DNA from: Marsupella aquatica
Lineage: Eukaryota > Plantae > Marchantiophyta
NCBI GenBank assembly: GCA_973895155.1
Contig: OZ316895.1
Span: 8,606,184 to 8,670,183, forward strand
DNA length: 64,000 nucleotides
Direction: 5' to 3'
Shown piece after piece: positions 40,168-52,361 of the stretch (positions are counted from its first letter, which is position 1; every line of letters begins with the position of its first letter). The position numbers and the translations under genes were made by a program. A model generated the notes under the pieces. That model was given only the letters and a program-made list of their open reading frames with translations, did no database searches and was not told the DNA's origin.

Positions 40168-42000
40168 ATGGGAGGTGAGCCGGAGCAAGTTGTTGTGGTA
40201 GCAAAGGTAGACACAGGTCTTCAGTCTGAAGGGCAAGAAGATGTTGGGAAGTATGTAGACGCTGATGAAGACGAGAGGTTTTCAGACCTAGAAACGGAAG
40301 ACGAAGATGAGGACGATGATGATGAAGAGATTGTTGGCGCCCTGGATTGGCTCGACCTCAGAGACGACCTAATGTCTCGAGGTGCTTCTGGCCAAGGCAC
40401 GACATCGTTGCACGGCGGTCCGGGATTCCATCTCGGGAAGCGTCCGAACGCATTCGGTGGAGCTCATAACAATCAAGGGGGCGGAGGAGGCTTCCTCCAA
40501 CCACGAAGCAATTTGCAGCAAAAGTTGATCTCTCGCATCAACCCGGGCGCACTGCAGGAGTGGGAGGGGCGCGGCCAATCAGTGATGTCAAACTCGGTCG
40601 CCACAGCAGTGCGGGATAACGTTAGGCACCAAGCAGAGGGCCGAGTCAGGAAAAACGAGAAGGCTGACAGAGCCACTGTGGAGCAAGCGTTGGATCCTCG
40701 CACGAGAATGGTCCTATTTAAACTTCTCAATCGTGGAGTGTTCCAGGAGATTCACGGGTGCATTTCCACTGGGAAAGAGGCAAATGTTTACCATGCGACC
40801 TCTGCTTCGGGAGCGGAATTTGCAGTAAAGATCTACAAGACGTCAATTCTCGTCTTCAAGGACCGAGAGCGGTATGTGCAGGGAGATTTCCGGTTTAGAC
40901 ATGGGTACTCCAAACACAATCCACGGAAGATGGTCAAGACCTGGGCTGAGAAGGAAATGCGAAATCTGTCTAGGCTCACATCAGCTGGAATTAGATGCCC
41001 AAAACCAATTCTACTCCGGCTTCATGTACTTGTTATGACCTTCATTGGAAAGGATGGGTGGAATGCCCCACGTCTGAAGGATGCTGGGCTGTCAGTTTCT
41101 AAGTTGTGTGAATGCTACTTTGAGGCAGTCATGGCAATGCGAACTATGTATCAAGTGTGTCGACTTGTCCATGGGGATCTCAGTGAGTACAACATTTTGT
41201 ACTTTGAGGGTCATTTGTATATTATTGATGTATCACAGTCAGTAGAGTTGGACCATCCTCGGGCTTTGGACTTCCTCCGAGAAGATTGTCTGCATGTGAC
41301 GGACTTTTTTAGAAAGAGTGGTGTGGCAGTGATGACGGTGAGAGAGTTGTTCGATTTTGTGGTCGACCCTGCACTTGCTGCTGATCAAGTGGACGATTAC
41401 TTAGAGAAAATTCAGGAGAAAATTGAAGCGAGAGGATCAACGATAACTGCAGAGGAAGAAGTCGCCGAGGCTGTCTTTATTCAGGCCTTCATTCCTAAAA
41501 CGTTGGACCAAGTTGAGGATTATGAAAGAGACTATGAACGTATTCAAAGCGGAGGGAATTCCGAAGGCATTTACTATCAGACCATTACCGGACTCAAGGC
41601 AGACTTGTCGGGAGTAAATGAAAAACCAGCTCTACTGAGTGCGAACCCCAACGAAATCGAGGTTAGAGATGAAGTAACGGATTCTTGTTCCGGAGACGTT
41701 GGAATTAGCAACCGGGGTGGACAGGAAGCTCGACCGGATGATGATGGTGTTGGTGCGGAGAATGGAGATTCTGTGAGTGAAAGTTGTAGTGGTGAAGACC
41801 TGAATGGTAGTGAAGCCGATGGTGAAGGAGTTGATGTAGATGCTGGTAAGATTTTAAGTAAAGAGGAGCAAAGAAATGCAAGGAAAGAGCATAAGAAGCA
41901 GGTGAAGGCAGAGAAAAAGGAAGCCCGGAAAACGAAAATCCCTAAAGCCGTGAAGAAGCGGAAGGAGAAAGTTGCTCATGAGAAAAAGTCCAAACATTGA
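40168..42000 (+). CDS. RIO1: Atypical Ser/Thr kinase RIO1 (40S maturation), intronless CDS
   Basis: DRATVEQALDPRTR, RIO1 P-loop STGKEANVY, AVKIYKTSILVFKDR, WAEKEMRNL, HGDLSEYN, IDVSQSVE and a basic C-terminus (KTKIPKAVKKRK) in a continuous 610-aa ORF. Confidence 0.97.
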   Translation: MGGEPEQVVVVAKVDTGLQSEGQEDVGKYVDADEDERFSDLETEDEDEDDDDEEIVGALDWLDLRDDLMSRGASGQGTTSLHGGPGFHLGKRPNAFGGAHNNQGGGGGFLQPRSNLQQKLISRINPGALQEWEGRGQSVMSNSVATAVRDNVRHQAEGRVRKNEKADRATVEQALDPRTRMVLFKLLNRGVFQEIHGCISTGKEANVYHATSASGAEFAVKIYKTSILVFKDRERYVQGDFRFRHGYSKHNPRKMVKTWAEKEMRNLSRLTSAGIRCPKPILLRLHVLVMTFIGKDGWNAPRLKDAGLSVSKLCECYFEAVMAMRTMYQVCRLVHGDLSEYNILYFEGHLYIIDVSQSVELDHPRALDFLREDCLHVTDFFRKSGVAVMTVRELFDFVVDPALAADQVDDYLEKIQEKIEARGSTITAEEEVAEAVFIQAFIPKTLDQVEDYERDYERIQSGGNSEGIYYQTITGLKADLSGVNEKPALLSANPNEIEVRDEVTDSCSGDVGISNRGGQEARPDDDGVGAENGDSVSESCSGEDLNGSEADGEGVDVDAGKILSKEEQRNARKEHKKQVKAEKKEARKTKIPKAVKKRKEKVAHEKKSKH

Positions 42001-43053
42001 TCATTGGATGCTGTGGTTTATCTAGGGTCTTAGAGTACAAAAATTCAGAGTCTGTACACTTATAGCTCTCGAGCCCAGTGCTCAAGACTTCGTTGCATTG
42101 AGAACGGAGAATGTAACTGGGTGCTTCCGAAGTAATCGAGAAGAGAGGGCCGCGGAGTTTACGAGCATTCACAATGTCGTGTTTCGATTGGAGTCTGTAT
42201 TCAGCTTAATCGAGTAGCATGTATCTTACACGAAAATATCTGGGTGCTATTCCTTTCGGCGCACGAAAATTTCCATTTCAAGAGTGTAACTGGCCATGAG
42301 ATGAACTACTGTAGTAATCCCCACACAGTTTTTGCAACAGCTTTACCTGTTTGAACTGGGAGTTATTATCTTCCACAATATTCAACCCGCATTCCATTTC
42401 ATGAATGATGATGCAATGGTATGTTTTTCTTTTGAGGCTATCTCTACAGACAATTCTCCATCCAGTATTTGGTTTGCTTTTTCCCTACATAAGTTTCCCT
42501 TCCTGTATTCTCCTCCTAATCAGCGCAAGAGATATCTGACAGTCGTAAGGAAATGTCGGCCCCAGGACCAAGAATTTCTCAGCGTCAAGCTTAACCTTCG
42601 GTGATTTTCGTTAACGTTGTTTCTCAGTATATCTACACTCACGATCAATTTGTTTCGTTTACATTGTGGCTTAGTATATTTAAACTCACGATTTAACCTC
42701 AATTTGTTCCGAATTCGTTGGTAAGGACTTTACATAAAAGCCGAAGTCGACAAATGTTCCTCCTAATTAAAATTTCTTGGATGCGCTCGATATACATGCT
42801 GTAGACTCAATCATGGCTCAACTCTACGGATTACAAGTTACCAAAAAGAGGACGTGAACTGATGATGTTCGAATCGACGTTTTTGTTCAATGACCTCCCG
42901 CGAGCAAAATGTAGTTGAATAGAACAGAACAATGATCATACGGGGTGATCACTTTCATACTTTTATTTCCAAACAGATATTTTACAGATAAAAATTAAGA
43001 CTATAGTCGAAATCAGTAGAATCTATGGATAACTGTCAACCCCGACTAAAATT

Positions 43054-44198
43054 TCAGCCATAACACCTAATGGGGTCGTTGCAACCCTTTCTAGAACACT
43101 GCTTGCCTCCCCCGGAGATACCATTCTCCAGATATTGCTGATGGTAATTCTCGGCCATGTAGAACGTTTTTGCAGGCAGAGTTTCTGTGGCTATCTTCTT
43201 CCCCAATTTTTGCTCCATCGCTTTCAGTGACGCCTTTGCTATCGACTCCTGCTCTGGGGTGTGGTAATAAATCCCTGATCGATACTGAGTCCCCACATCG
43301 TTTCCCTATAGAAGAGAACAAAATATTTGCAACTTATGCTCAGTATAGTTTCTCAGAAAACCTCAAAAAGAACTTGAAATGAAACTCTGGCGCCTCCGTA
43401 GCTACAGCACATCGTTCGTAATATAACGTGACGTGCTTCACTCAAATTCAAAACAGCAAGTCAATTCAGACTTCTAAATCTTGCCATTCAAGATCGGCCC
43501 ACGAAGCATTGCCACAGGAAAGGCAAGGGAAGGAATGACAGAATATAGATCAATGACCATACCTGGCGGTTTGTTTGCGTCGGATCATGTTTCTTCCAGA
43601 AAACATCCAGAAGCTGTTCATAAGACACCTCGCTGGGATTGTAGTCTACAAGAACTGCTTCAGTATGCCCCGTCCTGCCCGTACACACCTGCTTGTATGT
43701 CGGATTTTCAACATGCCCTTGAGTGTACCCTACAGCGGTCTGTACAAAAGTTCGAAGTGTCAGCTCAAGAACGCTCCAACAATTACAAAACCTAGCAAAC
43801 ATCGTAATTCATCAACCGATGCATCAATCTCCTTACCCTTTCCCTAGACCTCTAATTCCCCGGAAAAAACAAGTAAGGAGGTCCCAAAATCTAATTCCCG
43901 GGAAGAAACAAGCATGTAGCTCAAAATCAATCACAAATTTAGGGGCAGGTTGTCAATCCCATCGTTCCCTCCACCAACTCGGAGTTCCCATCTATGAGGT
44001 CATGCTACTTTCATGGACAATCTTTCGACATCGTACTCAGCAACCCCAACGAATTCGAGGAAGGAACGGCTACAGACACAGAAGCTTCAGGCAATGACTC
44101 ACCTTCGTGACACCAGGGACGCGCTGAAATGCCAATTCCACGCTCCAGAAGCATCCTGCCGCAAAGGTGGCCTGCTGAGTCTCTCCTTGAATAGCCAT
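43054..44198 (-). CDS. MSRA: Peptide methionine sulfoxide reductase A, 3 exons, ~174 aa, no transit peptide seen
   Basis: Exons 44198-44103, 43739-43563 and 43305-43054 are joined in frame by GT-AG introns. Motifs [35 protein letters not shown] and the plant C-terminus [11 protein letters not shown]. Confidence 0.95.
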
Positions 44199-46439
44199 GG
44201 GAACAATGCTCCAACAACAACGATTACTCCTCCACACCAGTACAACAGCGGACAGAAGAACAATTATGCTCAGCTTCCTCGTCAAGCAAAACGCATCAAT
44301 CAATTGGAAATCGTTAAACTCAATTCAGCGCTCTGCCTTTAGCCAATACTTCCGTCTCTCCAGCTGCTGCTGCTGCTGTAAGCAAGAACAATGTTGATTT
44401 GATGAAAATACGAGATGCAGAGAGCCCTTCATATAGAGGTGAGTCCTGGAGTGGAAATCTTTGGGCCGCGATCGATTCGGACCCCACCCGAGCGCTCAAA
44501 GCACTGCAGCACACGCGTAGTGGAAAGAACTGAACAAAGCAAACTGTCATGCTTCTTCTGTCCCCTCTGTAACATTTCCGCGAAGAAACCAGCAGTGCCG
44601 TAATGCTATCTCAGAACATAAATAACTAATTATTCGAAGTTTTTGTGGCCCTCCTAGCATTTACTCCTGGTAAAGCCTTCGATATGGTTTTCGTTCGTTT
44701 GCCCTTGTATGGACTCTCTGACTGGAGTTTTTCCCTTTATTTTCTCTTTTATTGGGTCTCCTGCCTTTGGGGTTCTCCATGTTTTCAACATTTTTTTTCT
44801 CTAGCATTGTGATACACCTAGTAGACAAAATGTTTTTCTACACTTGTGCTAGTTTTCACAAGATGTATGTTAGGATTATTTAAAGCATCTTGATGTAATC
44901 ATTGTTCTTGAAGTAAACAAAATCTAGAGAACATATTTATGACATTGCTCTATAATTTGAATAAAAACCACAGACGTTACGAATAACATCCAGTGCACAT
45001 ATAAATTTCAAATTGAATGAGACTAACCCTTGGCGGTCACACTTTGTTAGACGTCTAATGTAGCACATTAGCATGGACAATTTTTTACATCAACACGTGT
45101 TGGACCAATCCATCGCAGGGGATTTATTAATAGCAAAACCTACCCAAAGTCCACCTCTCAGAATCCTTCACCGCATTGGGCTGAAATCTTCCAATCTTTT
45201 GAGTCTCATTAGCCAGTTTCCCACCAACCCACAGGGTCCATTGCTCACAATTGTAGAATTTAGGGAGGTCAAATTTCCACAAATTAGCTAGAAATAAATC
45301 TAATAGATATAAATCTGGAAATTTTACATAAAGAGTAATCTTAGCACCTGCTCCTCAACTTGAGGTAGCATTCCCCACCTGTGCATTTCAGAAATGCTTT
45401 AAGATTATCCTGAGATGGGCCTGGGCAGGGACATTGTACAAGATGGGGATGGGCATTGTAAAGATAATCCTGAGAGGCATGGGCATTGAGCTTGTCCAAG
45501 AACATCAAGACAAAAAATTCCAGAGATCTCAATACTATAATTTGAGATAGGACTCCACAATTCATGACCTACTCCATAAAGTGAAAGCAAAGGCATATAT
45601 AATTACTCTCATAAGAGAAAATTTTCATATATAGGGTATACTAGGGAGTAAAAGATGTGCATCACAAGGATCTGGGCACACAGCCCTTCCACTGCTTAAG
45701 CATGAGTAATCTGGCCAGAGTGTTTTAGCTAGATTGCACCTCTCTGAAAAATCTTTGCCACTTTTAGCACTCGATTTTCTAGCTTGTTTAGCTGCCAATG
45801 GCTAGTTGTCCACCTAGCCACAGACCCCAATAGCCAGAACCAAAGGGTCACCTTTAAATCTAGGGAGATGTGGGTCAGTAATTAATGCAGGACTACTAGA
45901 TTTTGAATATCCCAAGAATCTTTCCCTTAACAGAAGGTTACAACCTTAAAAATTAGGCTTATTTGGGCTAAGAGGGGGTTTCAACCTTCAAAATTTGATG
46001 GACCCTAGCTTAGTACTTAAAGCAAGGACAAAAATTATGGACTGCCAAATTCATAATTCATAACTTTTTGTCATAAGATTTGTGATATACCATACAGAAG
46101 TCACCCTAAATGCCAGTAAAAAATAATTATATAAACAAGTGAAAAAGCTATGACCAAAAGTGATATCTGTAATAAGGATAATAAGGAACCTTCGAGGGGT
46201 CCTAATGAAACAATAGAAAGAGGCCCAAAATATTTATTTAGTGACCCACGACTTCGTCTATCACTCTTACCCACACAATAACGCACTGTGTATTCCGGAT
46301 AACAAGGAAGGATCCCTCCTCCGGAGCTTCGTGGATTCGCTTGTCCGCGTCGCCCTCGTCCGTTGATGGAGGATCGCTGGATCGGGGCTTCGTTGCACCT
46401 TCTCGGCTTCGTTGTACACAAAGGGACTTCGCGGAAGAA

Positions 46440-46578
46440 CACCAGGTGTTCCTGCCCCGTCACTCCTTCTCTGCGGATCGGCGGCCGAAAGCCCCCAGCG
46501 AAAGTTATCGCTCAGAAGAGCCGTCGATCCTCTCGGACAGAAGGCATTTCCCCGAAGGACAGGACTGAGTACACCGGC
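46440..46578. ncRNA. Candidate structured RNA element, copy A
   Basis: Shares conserved blocks with copy B. 11-bp stem ggatcggcggc (46475-85) / gccgtcgatcc (46520-30) encloses a c-GAAA-g loop. Function unknown. Confidence 0.4.
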
Positions 46579-46668
46579 GTAAATGGCTTTAGTTCTTTAT
46601 ACGGAATACAGGAGATTGGGTTAATACTATGTCTCAGAAATTCGCATCCCAGTTTGAGCCTGAATTTT

Positions 46669-46689
46669 CGCTGCTGCCGGGAATCGAAC
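46669..46689 (-). pseudogene. Remnant 3' end (T-arm/B-box and acceptor strand) of a tRNA-Asp copy
   Basis: Minus strand GTTCGATTCCCGGCAGCAGCG versus GTTCGATCCCCGGCAGCGGCG in the intact tRNA. No D-arm or anticodon arm recognisable. Confidence 0.7.
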
Positions 46690-46763
46690 ACAGACCCTTG
46701 TTGCATCGCCTCGGTTTTCATGGTACCAAAAGCGAACTGTGGAAGACCGGAAGAAAAAGAAGA

Positions 46764-46911
46764 CACCAGGTTCCTTTAGTTCGAGGTTCATCGTCACCCT
46801 TTTGTCTGCGGATCGGCGGCTCAAACCCCCACGAGAGTTAGTGCTCATCTTAAGCCGTCGATCCTCTCGGACTGAGAGCTTTCGCGGAAGGACAGGACCC
46901 AGTCCACCGGC
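46764..46911. ncRNA. Candidate structured RNA element, copy B
   Basis: Same 11-bp stem (46810-20 / 46854-64) enclosing a c-GAGA-g loop. Flanked by A5 (46754-58) and A6 (46922-27) runs. Confidence 0.4.
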
Positions 46912-47022
46912 AAGGCCTCGCAAAAAAGAAGCCTTCGGTGCACTTTCGTTGGGGTCAATACTGAATCGCACAAATGATTCTCCTGTCGGAGGCAAAAGAT
47001 GCGCAGGTCGAGCCTGTGCTAT

Positions 47023-47094
47023 CGCCGCTGCCGGGGATCGAACCCGGGTCACCCGCGTGACAGGCGGGAATACTTACCACTATACTACAACGAC
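47023..47094 (-). tRNA. trnD-GUC: Cytosolic tRNA-Asp(GUC)
   Basis: Minus strand GTCGTTGTAGTATAGTGGTAAGTATTCCCGCCT-GTC-ACGCGGGTGACCCGGGTTCGATCCCCGGCAGCGGCG forms a 72-nt cloverleaf of the plant nuclear type. T4 and T6 runs lie downstream. Confidence 0.97.
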
Positions 47095-48676
47095 TTGATG
47101 ATCCTACAAGTCCCGTAGATACTGTTTATAGTTTTAACTAATTTTAACAATCAGTGTAGGAACAAAGGATCTGACCAAAGCCCTCTATCAAGCTACAATC
47201 ATTCTTGTTCTCGTCTACCGATAGTGTTCTTAGGGTGCTGAACAGAGAAGAAATGAGAATTTTTGAACAACAGTTCTAACTTCAGTAACTGCAATGGATA
47301 AGTACACTGGTCATGCCATCAAGCTTGAGCATCACCTCAATCGACAAGGTGTAAGAGGAAGCAGCGCTAATAAAAAAACAAAGATCCATGAGGAAATCAT
47401 GACGATTTAAATGTCTAAAGAATCTATAGAGTACCCCAAGCTTTCGGTTACCGATTGATCCACGCCCGGGTCTTCTGTTTTATGGATATTATGATTGGGT
47501 CAATGTGCTTTCTCCATTCATATATGCTTTTGTATATTACTATTATTATTCCATGAAATAATTGATTTACTTCGATGAAATACGCATTAAAATTAAGGGA
47601 TATTTTAGGTGGTAGCTTTCTGAATCAAGATGGTGCTTGAAGCTAATCGAGAAGCTAATAGAAGAACGTGAATTGCTGGTATTGGTTTTGCATGGCTAGT
47701 TTGGGAGGGATATGATATGAATGAAAAGGTTTCCTGCAAGTCATGTAAATGGCAAAGCATAGGTATTGCAAACCTGATGCACTACAGAGTCTGAACGCAG
47801 CCAACCAGGGATGGAGGAGATAATCAACACTTCTCCAACTAAAACCCACCCACCCACCCACACCCATACTGTCCAAGCGGCTGTGTGCGGAGAGGGTATT
47901 GCGCAGGATAAACCATGGCCTTGAGGGTGCCAAAGGGGTTATAGCAGGTTATAGCCCATAGGCGTTAAAGGTGCCATGGATTATTGGCAAATCTATACTT
48001 GGAATCCAAGTATAGATTTACCCCAATGTTATGGGAAAACTTTCACACAACTCTCATAACCCCTGAGCCAGGCTAGCCAGGTAACTACAGCTGACAACTG
48101 TGTACTCATCCCCTGGCAAATGAACTTGGAACAGAAGATTTGGATTGTAAGCTTGCCACCCCCAAGGGTGGGAGCCTGAGGGGGAGGACGACTTAGAAAT
48201 GTGATACCCCTGGGCACTTAATTTGCTTACAACACACTCTTAATTTGCTTAAAACACAGTCTCAAATTTCAGAAATGTCAAAGAGTAACTTGTTCTCCAG
48301 GCTGTCCAGTGAGTTACAAATTGTCAGAACCCACTCTGTCAGCTCTAAACATGGTTTATTATATATCACATACAAAAAGACACAAAGTGAAATCTGAGAC
48401 ACATGTTTATGCCACTTCTTTCTCTCATTGGGTTGGTGCCGGAGCATCACCCCTAGTTGCAAGCTCTCTCGATCTCTCACAGAGGGCCACCTTATATGAT
48501 CTTAGACCTTTTTGCCCCATTTAGCCCCCTTTACTGTAAATAATAAACTAGACATAACTTTTAACCAGTTGAGTGTAGCAAGGGGAGATATTTTCTTCTT
48601 TTTCCTGAATAAACCCCAGATAGGCCATGGGATAGAGAAAGGCCATCAAAATCACCCAAGAAGCCAATTACCAAGT

Positions 48677-50541
48677 TGGTGGGCAACGACTACATTCACA
48701 ACAGCAAGCCCAAGATCATCAAATGCACAAGTAATTAACACACACAGATATGTAGTTCACCTCAACTGAGGCTATGTTTACATGAACACACAAGAGCCTT
48801 ACTGCACTCTTGGCCCGTCAGCCATACTGAGTACGTCTTTGCAATACAAATTCTCTCTATCTCTCAATTGGCTCCAAGTGGTGAACCTTGCCACCAACGC
48901 CCTCACCAATCCCAACACCCACACCTAAGTGCCCCTGGTGCCCGAACACCTCCTCGGAATACCTTGAGCAAGCAACCTTGTGCTCCTTGCACCCCCAACG
49001 GCCCCTCCCATACGAAGCCGCACTTGCTCTCCAACACGACCGCTACTCAACGGTCCTCACTGTCTGCACAAGCATCCAAGCGTCTCGGTAAGTAACCCTT
49101 CAGGATCTAGAACTCCCCAAGTCTAGCATCTTAACTCAAGCTCAACAAACATTGGTAAGTAGGTCAGCAATACGTCATCCCAATGCCATAAGCCGAAACC
49201 AGAACCCACGCTCACTGTTCGTCCAGAACAACTCCTTCCTTGGGCGCGGTCCAGGTTCCCCCTTGTACCTATCCATCACCAACTGACTGCCCTGACCCTA
49301 GGACATGCTCATGGCCCAAATAGCGTAGCTTCCTTAAGCTTGTCCCAAACTTGTCCCAACACGCCGAGACCAGAATGGCCCCAACTCTAGCAACCAACTC
49401 CCAGTTCTCGCCCCACTGATGATCTAGGGGCCAAGCACCCTTGGAACTCAAGGTCCATGCCTACTTGGCCTTGACTCCCCGACGCAAGCTCCCTTGGGAG
49501 ACTGAACGCGGCTTGGCTACTATTTTGGCAGAATTTGGCCAGCGGGAAAAATAACACTCGCAAACCTCAAGAACCCATGGCGCCCCCAGACCCAGTTGAG
49601 CTCAGGAGGACGTAGCCCTCCTTGAGAGCTTTCCAATGCACCCAAGAAGTCCTCTAGCAGACTTCCCGTTGGGAAGTTATCGTCATTTTTGTTTGGCATT
49701 TTCCCTTAGTAAGTGTCGCGACCACCGCGGCTCACGACTTCGGCTCGCCCTTAGCCCCCAGGGAGACACCAATCCCCTCATATATGCTTCTGGAGACCTG
49801 TCACCCCCGGACCAACTTTGGTCCTCAACTTTTTGGGTCACAACCCGGATCCTATCCCGCATGTCTAAGCGCGCCACCAACTGGCAACGCCCATAACTTC
49901 CTAGTTAGGCGTCCGCAAGCGGAGTGCCTTAGCCCGTTGTGATTGGGAAGACCTAGTGCTCATGCCTAGGCCCTCATATATCATTGCCGCTTGGGGCCCC
50001 TAATCGGCCAAACCCAGATCGAGCCATAACTCGTGCCCCAAGCGTCCGTTGCCCATGGCGTCAACTCCATTGGCCTTGGGCCCAAGAGGAGCTCTCACTC
50101 AAGCCTTCAGAACTCAAGTCCATCCGGGGGTTTGGACAGTCGACCTTGAGCCCGACCCTTTTCCCCTTGACCCGACCAGCTCTCACCTAGTCTAAGTCCT
50201 TAGTGTGTGTCACCAGCTTGGCGCCTTGCCTTTGCTAGTGCCACGTCTCATTGCCCACAAGTCTCCCCATGCTAAGTCCTCCCCGGATGGCCTATCCGGG
50301 CCTGGACCATAAGGGAGCTCGGCGTCAGAGTCAGCGACGCCGGAGCTAAGTGTTAAGGTAGTCGAGTTTTGCGACTCTCCATAACAATGAGCCTGAGTTC
50401 CTCCTATCTAAGCAAACACTACTTGCAGGACTGCTTGGGGATATAGTGTGTAGCATGACCAACCTAACCAAGTCTATGACTAAGGTTAGCTTTAACTACA
50501 GTTATAGTCGTAACTCTACACCTAAGAGTAAGTGCTTAACA
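48677..50541. mobile_element. LTR-like element related to 29842-30185, with ~1.5 kb of extra GC-rich internal sequence
   Basis: TG...CA ends and an exact 5-bp TSD caagt (48672-76, 50542-46). 48677-48875 aligns with the first part of the solo LTR up to tctctcaa.t.gctcc. Similarity resumes at taacaatgagcct (50382). Confidence 0.75.
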
Positions 50542-50999
50542 CAAGTGGCCAAGGAAGAGCACCCAACCAAGCAAGTACCAGAAGAAAACCATCTTATTAA
50601 TGTTCCCAACTCAAGAGGACACCATGGGTGATTTGTAACTAGTAGGTCTCAAGTTGAATCTGCGACTAGACACTTCTGGTCCAGGTTTTGCTTTGGTATG
50701 TAAGAAGGGTCTTTACACTATCTCAGGTGGGTTAAATGTGTTATGCGCCACAGACCTCTATAGTAGTTGGGGGAATTATAAAAGCAATACAGAAATAGAA
50801 TGTTAACTAAGGGGTTTTCTGCCTAGAAGCCAATTGTGCGACTCACTTGCTGAAAGTGAGTTTTCCCTTCCTCCAGAAGCTAATCATGACAATGCTTCAA
50901 TCCCACAAAAGATCTTCACAAGGGCAGCTCAATGGGAATGACCAACACAAGATGGACCTGAAGCCAACTATAGTTTGCAGTCTACCTTTCATAACATAT

Positions 51000-51277
51000 T
51001 GTTGGGGATAATCATTATCCTGAAACACCATACAAAGTAGTTGACACATCGAGTACATGGTCACCTCTCGACTGAGGCTACGTCCACGGGAAAGCAAGTC
51101 AGAGACCTTTACTTCTCTCTTGCTCCACTCCAACAATGAACTGAAGATCCACCAGGGGCTAGCATCAGCCCTGGTTATATACAGCATGCATCACTGCTAA
51201 CCTAAGCTAAGTCCTAACCTGAGTTAGTCTAACTGCGGTTAGCTCTAGAGTCACAAGACTAAGAGCAATACTCAACA
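51000..51277. mobile_element. Solo LTR (278 bp), same broad family
   Basis: TGTTG...CAACA with exact TSD catat (50995-99, 51278-82). Its end gctaagtcctaacc.gagttag.ctaactg.ggttagctc..gagtcacaa is shared with 30115-30185. Confidence 0.88.
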
Positions 51278-51419
51278 CATATTCCAGAGTGAAACCATAG
51301 ACCAAAATTTTGCTGGTAGCCAAAATGCGTAATATTTGGTGAGTATCGAGGGGCACTTGAGTCTGGGTACAAGTGGCCCCTCCTCTGCATCCCCATGGTG
51401 TTTGGGCTAGCAACTTTCA

Positions 51420-52081
51420 AGCCCCACACAAGATCTTTCAAAAGCTCGTTTGGGAATGACCAAACCAAGATGAACATGAGGCCATGGTGGTTGCTCTTTT
51501 TGTCCTTTTCAATGGCCCATATTACAAGAAAACAGTTGTCGCTTTCCCAATAAGAAGAACATCTAAAAACACACACAAGATCTTCCAAGCTTGGTTGCGA
51601 ATTACCAGACCACAACCTAGTTGAGGCCATGGCCGTTTCCCTCCTTGCCTTTTCAATGGCCCAAATTATGTCTCAAAGGCAGTTTCCCCTTTCCTTAAAA
51701 ACAAGAATAAGATGACCTTTTAAAACCCACATAGAATTCACAGTGCCTTGAAAGAAGCTTCTTTTCCTTTGTCTTGAAACTCAAAGCTGACCCATCCATC
51801 ATAGGATAGACCATCAATTCCGGAGCACACGCTTCTATAGGCAACCACAAGGGTATCATACCCAGGGAACCAACAAGGACCCAGACCAGGATGGAGACAG
51901 GGTTGAACCAGAGCCCCAAGTAAGAAATTTTTGTCACTTCAAACAACAAAAGTCATAAATGACATTCCAGGACTGGTCTGGCTGAATCACAAGACCTTCC
52001 AAAGCTGAGTTAAAACTGACCAAACCCAGACGTACCTGAGGCCATGGCCTGGTTCCCTCTTTTGCCTTTTCAATGGCCCAG
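51420..52081. repeat. Degenerate ~100-bp dispersed direct repeat (3 copies, plus a partial one at ~50900)
   Basis: cacaaga..tt...gaggccatgg...cct(t)ttcaatggccca at ~51425, ~51574 and ~51988. Confidence 0.65.
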
Positions 52082-52213
52082 ATTACATCCCAGAGAAATT
52101 TTGGGGGTTGTGGATTGGGCTGATCACTCGTTCAGAGCGCTTCTTTCATTCGTCAATTCCTTCGCAGAGTTCTCTCGTTGTTTTGGTGTTTGGAGTGTCA
52201 CCTCTCGTTGTGA

Positions 52214-52215
<2 letters not shown>

Positions 52216-52255
<40 letters not shown>

Positions 52256-52361
52256 GGGAGCGCTCGGTTGATTCGTCGATTCGTTTGCAATCACTATAGT
52301 AAGTTGAAGCATTTGTTGAAGCATTTGTTGAAGCATTTGTCGAAGAAGCAGGTTGTTGAAG
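52216..52361. repeat. (CT)n microsatellite followed by a 12-bp gttgaagcattt tandem
   Basis: About 18 CT units at 52216-52252. gttgaagcattt x3 from 52303. Confidence 0.9.

Noticed and set aside
46440-46911. Assignment of the duplicated element to telomerase RNA, 7SL, RNase MRP, Y RNA, or hammerhead/HDV/hairpin ribozyme
   Set aside because: No CUAAACCCU template, SRP S-domain, complete MRP P4 motif or full ribozyme core could be fitted by eye. Only short superficial similarities were seen.
46101-47098. Overlapping 75-141-aa ORFs around the tRNA
   Set aside because: GC-rich sequence open on both strands and overlapping a tRNA, with no protein motifs.
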